NCBI GenBank assembly: GCA_043228905.1
Contig: JBHGNT010000001.1
Coordinates: forward strand, 11,780,001 to 11,844,000
Reading direction: 5' to 3'
Source: Azolla caroliniana
Lineage: Eukaryota; Plantae; Polypodiophyta
DNA length: 64,000 bases
Position numbers and translations under genes: made by a program. Of this stretch, positions 23,401 through 33,700 are shown piece after piece (position 1 is the stretch's first letter; each line of letters begins with the position of its first letter). The notes under the pieces were generated by a model. That model did not search any database. It had not been told where the DNA came from and worked only from the letters and a program-made list of their open reading frames with translations.

Positions 23401-24766
23401 CCATCTCTTGGGTTACCTTGGGGTGAATGCAAGACATCACTCGATCAGCCAGCTCCGAGTTTTGCCGCACATGCGTAGGTGCGAGGAGGTCACGATAATA
23501 TTGTGTTGCCATTTCCAGAACCTCAGTCTTGTCCTCCGTTATTGAGCCGTCTGGTTTTCGCAGCCCGTGTATACGTCCACCACCACCCTTGGGTGCCTTG
23601 TAGTGAAAGAAATGTCGGTTGACCTTGTCGTCTTTTCTAGCCCACCATGCTGCGTTTCTTCGAAACAGCATTCGGTTCTTCTCCAAAGTCCTTTCTTGTA
23701 CCTTCATCTTTGCTTCCTCTAGTTTAGCTCTAGACCATTTGCAACCAGGGTCTACCTGTAACAGCCGTTGCGCTGCCGCAACGGCCTTCCTTAATTTTGT
23801 TTCAATGGCTCTAACCTGTTGGAGGGCGCGCTTGGTCTCTTGTTGTAAAAAGGAGGACGAGCGGGCCAATTTTTTCTGCAGATCTTCGCTGGCTGATTTA
23901 CTGCCCATGGTGTCCTGCCATATACTCTGTAAACCGGCCTTCACCTCTTCACTCTTCATGATCTTTATGGGGATCTTTACATTGAGACTGCCCTTGCTAT
24001 CGTTGGGTGGGTTAAGGTCTAGTCTCACCGGTTGATGATCTGAAAAGGTAAGGCCTGCCAAGATAGCAAAGGAGCCCCCGAGCTCTTCGAGGGATGAGCT
24101 GATGTATATGCGGTCTAGCCGTGCAAGACTACCGCCCCTAGCATTCCCGGCGGCTCTAGAAAAGTGCAGCGAATGTGAGCTTCGCCTAAGGGAAGAGCCC
24201 CATGTATCCTTCACCCCGATTTTGCCAATTAGGAAAGCCCATGAATCCAGCTCCGCACCATAAATAGGCCTCTGGGTCCCTCCTTTCCTATCTCCCATGT
24301 GTTCAGTCATGTTGAAATCACCTGCCATTACCCAAGCCTCGACATTAGGTAATGTTGTCGCGAGCATCCTCCAAAAGATTGCTCTCTCGGAGGCTGAGTT
24401 AGGGGCATAAATGTTTAGCACCCCAATCTGTAGGCGATTCCATTTCAGAAGCACGTATAAGGCCCGACCCTCCACCAGCGTGCCAGATGATGTTACTTCG
24501 TATCGGGCCTTATCGCTGATCGAGATACAGACCCCTCCTCTTCGGTGGAGGTCACCCTGCGCAGCCGACCACCATGTGGTCCACCCACCCGACAAGGGGT
24601 TTACTAAGCTCTGAGTTCGCTCTTGCGAGAGGTGGTGTTCCTGCAAAAGCAATATGTCAATATGGCCCCCTATATTAAGGGGATTCAACTCCTCCTGAAG
24701 TCTTCTACACTCTTGGTGTTGTCGGCCTCCACCAAGGCCCTGTACATTCCACGTTAGGATCCTCAT
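20453..24766 (-). CDS. LINE ORF2: APE endonuclease, reverse transcriptase and C-terminal zf-RVT (1437 aa)
   Basis: Endonuclease motifs TWNVQGL, LQEHH, GDFN, RLDRIY, SDH. RT motifs WRPITILN, LDFEKAYDRV, RQGCPLAP, YADD. Zinc finger CPLC...HCLWDC. Confidence 0.97.
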   Translation of the reverse strand: MRILTWNVQGLGGGRQHQECRRLQEELNPLNIGGHIDILLLQEHHLSQERTQSLVNPLSGGWTTWWSAAQGDLHRRGGVCISISDKARYEVTSSGTLVEGRALYVLLKWNRLQIGVLNIYAPNSASERAIFWRMLATTLPNVEAWVMAGDFNMTEHMGDRKGGTQRPIYGAELDSWAFLIGKIGVKDTWGSSLRRSSHSLHFSRAAGNARGGSLARLDRIYISSSLEELGGSFAILAGLTFSDHQPVRLDLNPPNDSKGSLNVKIPIKIMKSEEVKAGLQSIWQDTMGSKSASEDLQKKLARSSSFLQQETKRALQQVRAIETKLRKAVAAAQRLLQVDPGCKWSRAKLEEAKMKVQERTLEKNRMLFRRNAAWWARKDDKVNRHFFHYKAPKGGGGRIHGLRKPDGSITEDKTEVLEMATQYYRDLLAPTHVRQNSELADRVMSCIHPKVTQEMEVVLDSPISRLELSEALRGLRRGACPGPDGLSRDFFEIHWECVIPSLEAGFQEIWSSGKMPNGLAEGMIYLIPKSQERSLELRQWRPITILNTAYKILAKVLAQRLASFLPDIIHDNQTGFVKNRCIFDNVLLLWEAMALAGCSVSSSAILMLDFEKAYDRVLWPFLENVMRALGLPQKWRNCTSALYRTATSSVLMAGSRGPAFQLQRSVRQGCPLAPYLYLFITEAFSAYLQAPTSGLRGLPIPNATEDLLLSEYADDTVLFLQGDEENLQRAEHLVEDFCQAAGAKINWNKTQGLWFSEQETPRWQPHADFTWVPSGTTFKYLGFTMGRSIPKGAQLAHVQAKISKKLNQWSRSKLSFAGRVLVANQVLLATMWHSVSCWIMDPAGLHAIKAAIRGFIWSGKDNPRAAARVSWWWLTQPRAKGGLGLIDPLMQSRALLAKMVVRCLLPGKGCWKVLLRNRLQVGTPKYGRPWPDSLNWCCTGGVPPRLACHPEDRVTNSILRAWCHIRQHLVKHTPETVTEWTRQPLFWNPHVRTNDNAMLGQLKGLAWGKLAQTGLLSIDDWRRMADSGRAQEVLFPPLKGATKMRRLIAEAVDRVPMGVAREHAWFGLFDEAGMVKALKGMSGSGSDTVFGDSQSSGSWHPIRVVAQIDNIWKTDPDVATVEPHWRLRVYGCRPLVDLDWDPGDFRWKHDDRLHHFFDYTTKLGRTLQLQRGDPLRNGWRTLGIPDEALIAFWKGLWRLHMPEKIKLFWWQIGHNVVPVGEWLDKRGGPLGCPLCSLPNESLRHCLWDCPQAQKVWDRVTRLLVACDVEGTASWSAAAWIDHSVEGWTDAVNADSWCYVCTRGKIVKIRFERGLQPASPRFPEIWLLIAGFTLWYIWKARCLKVFQGTVRPPEEVIMDIWFALISCLRGQLEEICSHSNDVTTARLRFWQKWRNTPMVMQGGSGPRWNYQPPRWLFPIHLPPSFRCRPQEPTRTRPH

Positions 24767-26229
24767 CCGAAAACGGTGACGTTGGCGCCCATGTTCGGGC
24801 CGATCTCCATGTCATGGGGCAAACTAACACCTGTTTCGGGGGGTATGGTCTCCACTGCAGGCTGCAAATCCCCTACAAGATTCTCAGCCGATCGTTCTCG
24901 ACCCGCTTCAAATAGATCCCGCGATACATTTGTGCTCCGAAGCGGTGGCACAACTTGCACCCCTCTATCTAACAGAGTCGTCGCCAAACCAGGTGTTGGT
25001 CTTCCTATCTTACCCTTTTCTTTGTCCTTGAGCTTGCCCGTCCGGATCCACGATTTCACTAATCTGAGGCCATTACCACATTCCCGCTCCACCGGGAGGG
25101 GGGGCTGTGCCAGCTTCTCTTCCGGGGTGGACGGTACAAGTTGGGGTTGCATCTCCATCGGGGTGGAGAACACGAGTTCGGGCTCCCGCGGGGGAAGGCG
25201 TGAGGAGTCACACGGGGACAGCAATGCTGCCAGCGTTGCTGGGTCGCCATCCCCTAACCCTTGAAGAAGTGTAAATCTGTTGGTAGCTCTCACCTGTAGG
25301 TCGGGTGCCTTGGCACTCCCGGAGAGGATCTTTACTCGTTTCAAGGGTTGCTCGTCCACGCTTGCTGGTGACAAGGTGGCAGGACTTCTTTCAAGGGGGA
25401 GGTCATGAAAGAGGGCGGGAGAGGAGGCACCTAGGCCTCCAAGTTTCCCCTTCTTCTTAACGGGTAGCCAAGGAGCTTCTTCACCCTTGGATGTCCCGAC
25501 TTTGCCCGAGGGTCGTGGTCCCGAGCTTCCCTTTCCAATCTTACGAGGACACTCCTTAGCTAGGTGTCCTGTCTGTTTGCAAATGAAACACTGCCCCGGG
25601 AGTCCCTCAAAAACCACTTTTACCACTGTGAGGCCTAACTCCTCAGAGTAGAGTCTAATCCTTGATGGAAGTCCATGGAGGGAAGGCACCAAGATACGCA
25701 ACTTGGGCACCTCTGCGACTGTGTCTGCCATTGACGCTTTTTGAGGGCATATCATTCCTACTTGTTCGCCAAAAAGAGGGAGCAGATGGTACAAATGTGG
25801 AGGGAGGCCAGGAAATGTTGCGGTGATCACCCTAGGGTTGTTGAGTTTCCGTAACTCTTCGATCGGATTGAACCCTGGTGACCATGGTTGGAGCAACACC
25901 TTGCCGTACTTCAGTTCGAGTACCTTGAGCTCGACCAATGGCTGCGCCAGCGAGTCATTACCTAATTCAATGTGGAAGAAGTTTTTCCCTAAACCCCTGA
26001 CACTCTTGATTACCGGCATGTTCTCCAACACAGCCACCTGAAACATGTCCCGAACCATGCCCCGACTTGGTCTACCTGCCAGAAACCTACATACGAAGGA
26101 GGTACGCCGTAGGCGTTCGATTTCTTCCGCTAAGACACGGTTAGCCTCAGGGGACAGGGTAATGGCGAGATCTGATCCATCTTCTTCATCGAGCAAATTG
26201 GGCGCTGGTGGAAGCTCGATTCCTCCCAT
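24763..26229 (-). CDS. LINE ORF1 (DUF4283-like region plus CCHC zinc knuckle), 488 aa
   Basis: CFICKQTGHLAKEC knuckle and QPWSPGFNP motif. Lies upstream of ORF2; the ORF1 stop overlaps the ORF2 start as ATGA. Confidence 0.92.
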   Translation of the reverse strand: MGGIELPPAPNLLDEEDGSDLAITLSPEANRVLAEEIERLRRTSFVCRFLAGRPSRGMVRDMFQVAVLENMPVIKSVRGLGKNFFHIELGNDSLAQPLVELKVLELKYGKVLLQPWSPGFNPIEELRKLNNPRVITATFPGLPPHLYHLLPLFGEQVGMICPQKASMADTVAEVPKLRILVPSLHGLPSRIRLYSEELGLTVVKVVFEGLPGQCFICKQTGHLAKECPRKIGKGSSGPRPSGKVGTSKGEEAPWLPVKKKGKLGGLGASSPALFHDLPLERSPATLSPASVDEQPLKRVKILSGSAKAPDLQVRATNRFTLLQGLGDGDPATLAALLSPCDSSRLPPREPELVFSTPMEMQPQLVPSTPEEKLAQPPLPVERECGNGLRLVKSWIRTGKLKDKEKGKIGRPTPGLATTLLDRGVQVVPPLRSTNVSRDLFEAGRERSAENLVGDLQPAVETIPPETGVSLPHDMEIGPNMGANVTVFG

Positions 26230-29200
26230 CAAAGCGAGTTATGTGTCTTGCGAGCCTAGGTTGTATGTGTTGTTCTTCCCTTCCCCCTTTGTTTTGTGTT
26301 CTTTTTTTTTGTGTGTTACTTTGCGTTTTCTGGTTGGGGGAGGGAGGGAGGATTGTGTGTGAGAGTACCTGGACAGCAATTGGCGTTGTGCTCCTCCTCT
26401 TTCTCTGTTGGACAGCGCGCGTGTTCCTCAGTGTGCACCTACTCCTGCTCCTGCACGCCTTTTCCTGTTGCTCCCACTCCACGCTCTGCTGCGTTTGCTC
26501 CCGCCAACGCGCTGCTGCTTATTACCTGCAGTTCTCCAGTGTGACGGCTTGGACAGCAGTTGGCGCCTCTGGCTCTGTTGGGTAGCGCGCGCGTTCCTCA
26601 GCGTGCACCCGCTCCTGCTCCTTCACGCCATTTTTGATTTTATCTTACAACATTTGTTGACACTTCTTTTAAGTATCATTAGAATGTGTGCTTTGCTTCT
26701 TCCATAATAAAAGCATTAACTCGTAGAGAGCTATCATCCACAAAACTTACTAAATAAAACACCCGAACTATTATCTTTAGATGTCAATTAATTTTCAATG
26801 CTACAAAATACCTCTTTAGGGAGATAGTCATAAACATAAAATGTTGATGGCAATTAAAGATTCTCACAAAATCGCTAGGACATGTGATAAATTTTTTGTT
26901 GAATAGGCATATAAACATGCCAAATTTTGTGTATTTACCATTTTCATTAAGTTTTTTAGTTTCCATTGTCGTAGACACACACATGTAAAGTAGGAATGCT
27001 TGAAAGGCATGCGTATCTATGCCTCCTTTTTCAAGGGTTGTAGGCAAATATAATTGCCTATTAGAATTATGTGATCCAAACTTGCCTGAAAGGTATGTAG
27101 ATGTTCACGTATTTATAATCGAGAAGGTGTGGGTGTTTTAGGACTCATAGGTACATGGTGCACCCATGAGAAAAGTTCAAATAATAGTAAGCATAATTAC
27201 TATCCCTTTAAACATTTTTGGCCTTCTAGGCTTTAAGGTACCCACAATGAAGTTTATGCACATTTACACCAGTTTAAAATTTTTTTAGGCTGCATTGGCA
27301 ATAAAGAAAATTTGTACACCATCTTCCTCTTCAATCTAGGAAAGTAAAGGAGCAAAAATTTCCTCACTCATGGTGCAAAATTTGAATGCAAAAGCAAGAC
27401 CTTAGCAATTGAAGTTTAACCAACTCCCTACTTGATCGATGCCATTATTGAGATATACTCGCATCAATTGTAAGACTCAATGAATATGACTTTACATGAG
27501 CTTTCGAAACTCTAAAAATACTACAATCATCTCAAATCTCGTGTTGTGAATATGCAAATGGATTCTAGGTCTAAGAGCACCACTATAGCGAGCCTTCTTA
27601 GGAATTTTTTTTTGACATAGTTATTTGTAGTTGGTTGGGTCATTGGGAACCTCCTTTTTTGCTCCGTCCTAATGGTTTGAAAATTTCTTATATCACTAAA
27701 TGCATACTTGTTCCATGTGCATAAAACAAGAGAAAGGGGCAACAAAAGATAATTGTCATTAGCTTGACCAAAACTCGAGAACTTCTAAATTCAAGCACAA
27801 AAAAGCAAAACTTTCAACAAAAAAGTCATATCCTTGACATTGTTGAAGGTCACACAAACAATTAATGAAAATTTCCAAGTTGTTTGCCCAAAAATTTAGT
27901 TGAAACTAGTGATTTGCAAATCAAACATGTCTACGAATCTCCAAGGCATTTCTAGTTTGATACTCGTATCTCACACAATTCTATTGACATTCACTCGATA
28001 CAAATTTTGGAACTTTGAACAAACATAAGTGATCAAACTACTAAAGTTCACATAGAGGATTTAAGAATACAATTCAAGAATACTGCAATTTATCAATTAT
28101 TGACCAAAGACTTTATAATTGTAATATTGGACACCTTTGAGGGTAATTTTTGTTGCGAAGCGTGGCTTCTAGCAATGACGTCACATTTCCTCTCTTATCA
28201 GTTGCCCACCACCTTGCTAACAAACCCTTGACCAACCCACATTACATTGCCCTACATTCACTGACTACACTTGACCAAACTAGCACTCGCCTTGGCCTAC
28301 ACAAATTTATTACCTCCATCTAGGCTTTCCTTCACAAAAAGAGCATGTCATACCCCTACATCAAGGACACCGATGAAGTTGATGCAAAGGCACATCTAAT
28401 TGCTTTTCCCATGATATGGCATGCAAACCATGTTCCCCAATGTTTCAGCCTTACGAAGACTTGAGCATCAAAAATTGCCGAGTTCAGCCTTTCATTGGAT
28501 CACTATTTGCCTTGTCAACTTCTAGACTTTCAATGTGATGCGCACAAACTTTTTATGAATGTTGCGAGGTTGCATCTCCCTAAAGGAAACCCACCGACTC
28601 TTCTATGTGGTTTATTGAGAACCCAACGAGGGTTTGTTGGAGTTCATTATCAAGTCCCCATAATTTTTATGCAAGCTATGTGTTGCCCACATGACAATGA
28701 TCTTGACAAAACCTTCATCTGGGCTCCTTAGGAGCTCCTACGTACAATGATCAACGTAATTGATTTCTTGGCCTCAGCCTTTCATGGTGTGATTAACCAT
28801 GTCCTAGATATGGATCATATACAAATTAGCCATGCCCTCCACACGACTAACATTCAACAAACATTGCCAACGAATGAAGACACCAACTTTTGCAATGTTT
28901 GTCAATGTAAAATTTACCTCAATGTTAGCCACTCGGCCATTGATTGCACTTTTTGTATCTAATGTGCTCTTTGTCACTTGTGTGCACACTGCCAAACTTG
29001 TTAGATACTTTATGTACAATGTAAAGCAAAAGCACACAATGTGGTAGTGAATGCTAGTTTCTTTAGAGTAATTAGAAGAGAGGTGGTTGAGTTGGATAAA
29101 GTCCACTGTGTGCCTAGGTTGATGAAGAGCTTGTTGCTGCTCAAACAACTAGACAAGATTAGATTCTTCTTGATGTTTATCATTGTCTCTATTGCAAGTA

Positions 29201-30783
29201 TTGTGAAGAACCTATATGAGATATTGCCTTGAACCCTTGTCCAACTAGTTGATCCTTATAGTTTACGACCCTAATGTTCACAATGATAAAAAAGGGACAA
29301 GTTTGTAGTTTGTAAAATGTGAAAGAAGTATAAAATCGAATATATAAGCTTTATGCTTTGACTTCATTTTTGAGTTCTACCTTAAGCTTGTACTCCAAGC
29401 TTAAGCCTTACATTTCCATCTTAAACATTGAAACTCTTCTTTGTGTAGCTAGTAAGGAATAATGAGATATTATCAACAAAATGTGTGATTTCTAATTCTT
29501 TGCTTGATTTAACTTTAAACTTTAATGATTATGTCTAAGTTAAGTCCACACTCACCATTTTTATTATATCCAATAAGCTTAAGATACGAAGAACATGATT
29601 AAGAGGCTTGTTTAGGCAATCTCAAATCCCATGTTAGATACACTTATGACAATAACCATTAGCAAATTGTGTTGAATCACTACCACATTGGCACCTTTGT
29701 TGGGGAACAAAGGTGGACATCCACAAGTTTCTAGTAGAGCTTTTGTTAAGCTCCTGAAGCTTCAAGGCATCTTAAAAAGAAGAAGCCTAAATGATTAATT
29801 TTCTTCTCTTTTGTTATCCCTTAAATTCCAATTATTTTCACTTGTTTGTTAATCTTCTGTTGTTTGAATTGCATTATGGGGTTCTTTTAGCTTATACACT
29901 TGAGTAGTGGTGATCCAAGGGTTTCCAATATCTGAAGGATATTTGAGACATGTTCAATATGATTAAGAGAAATATCTTATCCACTATGGATAATGCGACA
30001 TTTTCACCAACAAGAAACATCCTCCTTGATCCTTTGAGATAAGAGAACCAATGGGTATTTGTTGATTAATCTTATTGGTTTTGTTACTAAGTTGCCTAAA
30101 CTATCACTGAGATATTGTGGTTCATGGATTACAAAGAAGATAGACAAGGTAGCTCATAACCTAGATTTACCCATCAAATAATCATACTCAATGAATCCAC
30201 ATATGAAAACCAAGTTGGACTAATATATACATTTACATTGTATTGTTTCCTAAATCCTAATTGTCAATGCATTTGAGAATTTCTAATATAAGCTTTGATA
30301 TTCACTATGCCTTAACGTAGAATATTCCCCATGGGTAGGACCTTTGAGAGATTTGAACTACATTTTATTCTATTATCCATATCCATAGCCAAAGAAGTGG
30401 GTTTTGCATAGGTGTTTCACAGTTGATTCTGGAACCATGAAATTCATTAAATGATTCCATGCCATAAAGAAAATTATGTTTCTACCAGCCAGAAGATATC
30501 ATTATTTTGCAAGTCCATTCACAACTGGATAAACATCCCATCTACTTCTTTCATCCAAGCCATTTGATGTTTACAGTTATGGTAGAGTCTCAGCTAAACA
30601 TGAATATGTACAATCTACACAACAAACTCTTAACCAAGTTCAGAAGCTCAAACTTAACATAGGGCAAATGGCCACTTACATTCAAGTTTCTCTCCTTGAC
30701 TAGCAATTAAGGTTTATTACTTTTTCTCACACACTCTATACAGTGTAAATGACCACTCATGAGGTTCTCTCCTTAACAAGGAC

Positions 30784-33700
30784 TCAAGGAATTTTCTTTT
30801 TCTCCTCGATTGTTGAGCCAGGTTGAATCCATAACCAACCACCTGCAACAAGCGCAGTTACACCTGCCAGGACAGCGAAATTCTTGGAGGAATCTGATGC
30901 TGATTCTGGAATTGAATAAGAGCCTGATCCTGATGTAGAACTACCCACAATTGGTTCCTCATGTTTGGCTCCCTGTCATTCATTGTAAATATTTTAGAAC
31001 ACAATACTTTGATTGATATCTAGACGAAATTGGTAATAAAAAGGATACCTTCTTTGCTTTTTCAAGCTTCTCTTTCTCCATTTTCTGCCAAATGAAATAT
31101 GATGAACTAGTTAGTCTAAAATAAATGTGTTTGTGCTAACATTTTAAGTAAATTCGGTGATAAATTTCTTTAAAATTTATTGAGGTATGTCTAAAATGTA
31201 CGAAACTTTTGAACTCCTCAAGAAAAAAATTTATTGAGGTATGTCTACGGTAGCAAACTTCTATTCAAAGATAGTCTAGACACTCAAAGATAATCTCAAC
31301 TCTATGCAGAATGGTGTCCCTCTGTTTGACTGCGACGATTTGTTGTGACTCCACCAAATTTAAGTTTTCTAGCAAACATTAAGAATGTTGTAGAATGTAA
31401 AACCTAGCAAACACTTATTAACTTTTCCTATCGTAGTAAACATTGATTCCAGGGGGGGTTATCTAGACAATTCTGTCCAGGGAAAAATGCAAATATTTTC
31501 AGATGGTAGCAATATTTGGTTCCATGGATGATATAGAATAGATTTTTTATGATCCACAAGAAGCCTAGATTTGACCTATGGAACCAAATAAACCTATCAT
31601 CTTTGTGAATCCTTTCTAATATGGGGGGAACTACTCTATAATAAATACTCTCTATGTGAGAATAATACACAGATGTATGTGCTCACATTTCTTGAGGAGA
31701 TTTGATTATGATGCTTAAATGATCATGCCTACCTAATAAGTCATCATACTTATCACGAATTACCTTACATGTTGAGGGTTAGAAATATTGAGAATCAAGT
31801 GGATAGGCATATAGAGTTACAATCACAGAGATGTATATATGTGGCAATACAAAATTTCTATTAAATATGAGAGTAGCTCACAATGGCAGTCCTCCCGTGC
31901 ACTCACATCTTATAGATGGTAGCCATCTCAACGACAGTCTGGTTTCAACGTTTGACAATGCCATTCTGTTCTGGGGTGTAAGCGGTTGTGAGTTGGTGCT
32001 TAATGCTATTCTCATTGCAGTACTCACAGAATTCTACCTATAAGAATTATCCACCCTGATCAGAGAATAATTCTTCACCAACTTTCCCAACTTTCCAGAT
32101 TCCCGCTCAACAAACTTACGCCATCTTTTGAAGTTGCTAAAAGCTTCACAGTTCTTCTGAAGGAACTAAACCCACATCTTTCAACTAAAGTTGTTGACTA
32201 CTAGCCTATAGTAGAGTCAGCCATTTTTCCAGAGAGGTCGACATGTATCAGCTCTAGAGGAGACTTTGTCTGATTTCGACTCTCTTTTGGAGTGGTTGAT
32301 CTTTATTGCTTTCCCATCACCCATATGACTTAAGTCAGATAGGGTTTGCAACCCAACTATCATATTCAATTTCTTCATCTCCTTCAATACAGAAACACTT
32401 AGATGCCCAAATCTCTCACGCTACTGCTTCGTGTTGGTACACTGGACGGTAGCAATTGTAAGCGCATTCAGCTCATAGGGATTGTTGCGCCTTACTACGA
32501 CCTTGCAAGAGAATCTATTATCTCTGCACCCGACTTCTTGAATCGAACATCAAGGCTGTTATCAATCAATGCAGAAACAGATAGTAGATTCTTCAAATCC
32601 GGCACATACAACACTTCAGAGATATGCTTTCTCTCACCAGTTGTTGTTTTGAGGGAGACAGCTCCCTGTTCTCTTGCTAGACATCGAGCATTGTTCTTGA
32701 CCACAACATTCACGGGCTCTTGAAGAGATGTCCAAGAGTTGTACCAGTCAAGATTGTTGGTCATATGTCGGGATGCTCCAATATCGAGAATCCACGAGTT
32801 GTTAATGATTTGAGTGTCGATTGAAGAGCACAATTCTTCAGTCGTGATCTGCAACTCAAGCTCATTCATATAATTGTTGGCTGACTCGGGCTTTCTCCAA
32901 GAAGTCTTATCGGATCCGTTCTTCTCACCTACCATCTTCTTCCAACAATCCTTGATAGTGTGACCCTTGTTGTCACAGTAGAAGCATGTTCCACTAAACT
33001 TCTTCTTCTTCGGTATCCTCTTCACATTGTTCAAATTGGGTGTCCCTTTACCCTTATTCTCAGCAACAAATGTCAAATCTTCCCTTCCTTCTCGTCTTCA
33101 GATGAAGCTCCTCTTCAAGGAATATAGCACTCAGTTTGTCAAATTTCAAAGGAGTGGGTCAAACCTAAGTGTTTAATGTTGTCACAATGCCATCATACCT
33201 AGAGGGAATTACTCAAACGCAATGATGAGCCATATCCTCTGGAGAGACAGCTACACCAACGGCAGCCAGCTGACATTGAAGATCCTTAATCCTTTTTACA
33301 AAGGGTTCCACTTTATCTCCATTAATGAGCTACTCTGCAGCAAGTTGATTTTCGAGGTTTTGTATCCTTGTATAGTTTCTAGTTTCATACTGGCTGGCCA
33401 GTATGCTTCAAGCTTCATGTGCCTTGGTCATACCTTGCACTAATGTTAGTATGGAATCAGATAAACCAGTGACTGGTACATAGCGCATCAGTACTCCTCT
33501 TTCAGGCTTGAAGTAGGTCAGCATTTGGAGGGATTGTGTGGTTCGAGGGTATCATGGGCTTAGTGTCTCCTCCCATGGGTCCCATGATTGTCTCCAACAA
33601 CTCATAGGAATCCAATGAACTTCCATAGAGTGTAGATGGTGCCATCTAGCTTTCCGTCAAACATTGTAGGAAGGCAAATGTGCAGTGGAGCACTGCAACA

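Larger units (their letters stand above)
20252..26648 (-). mobile_element. Full-length, apparently intact L1-clade LINE (~6.4 kb)
   Basis: Poly(A) tail (T run 20252-20278). TSD AACATTTGTTGACAC(TT) at 20237-20251 and 26649-26663. Two uninterrupted ORFs and a 5' UTR. Confidence 0.97.

Noticed and set aside
28150-28172. GTTGCGAAGCGTGGCTTCTAG as a second Helitron 3' end
   Set aside because: The hairpin needs several assumed C>T reversions, and its spacing to CTAG is too short.
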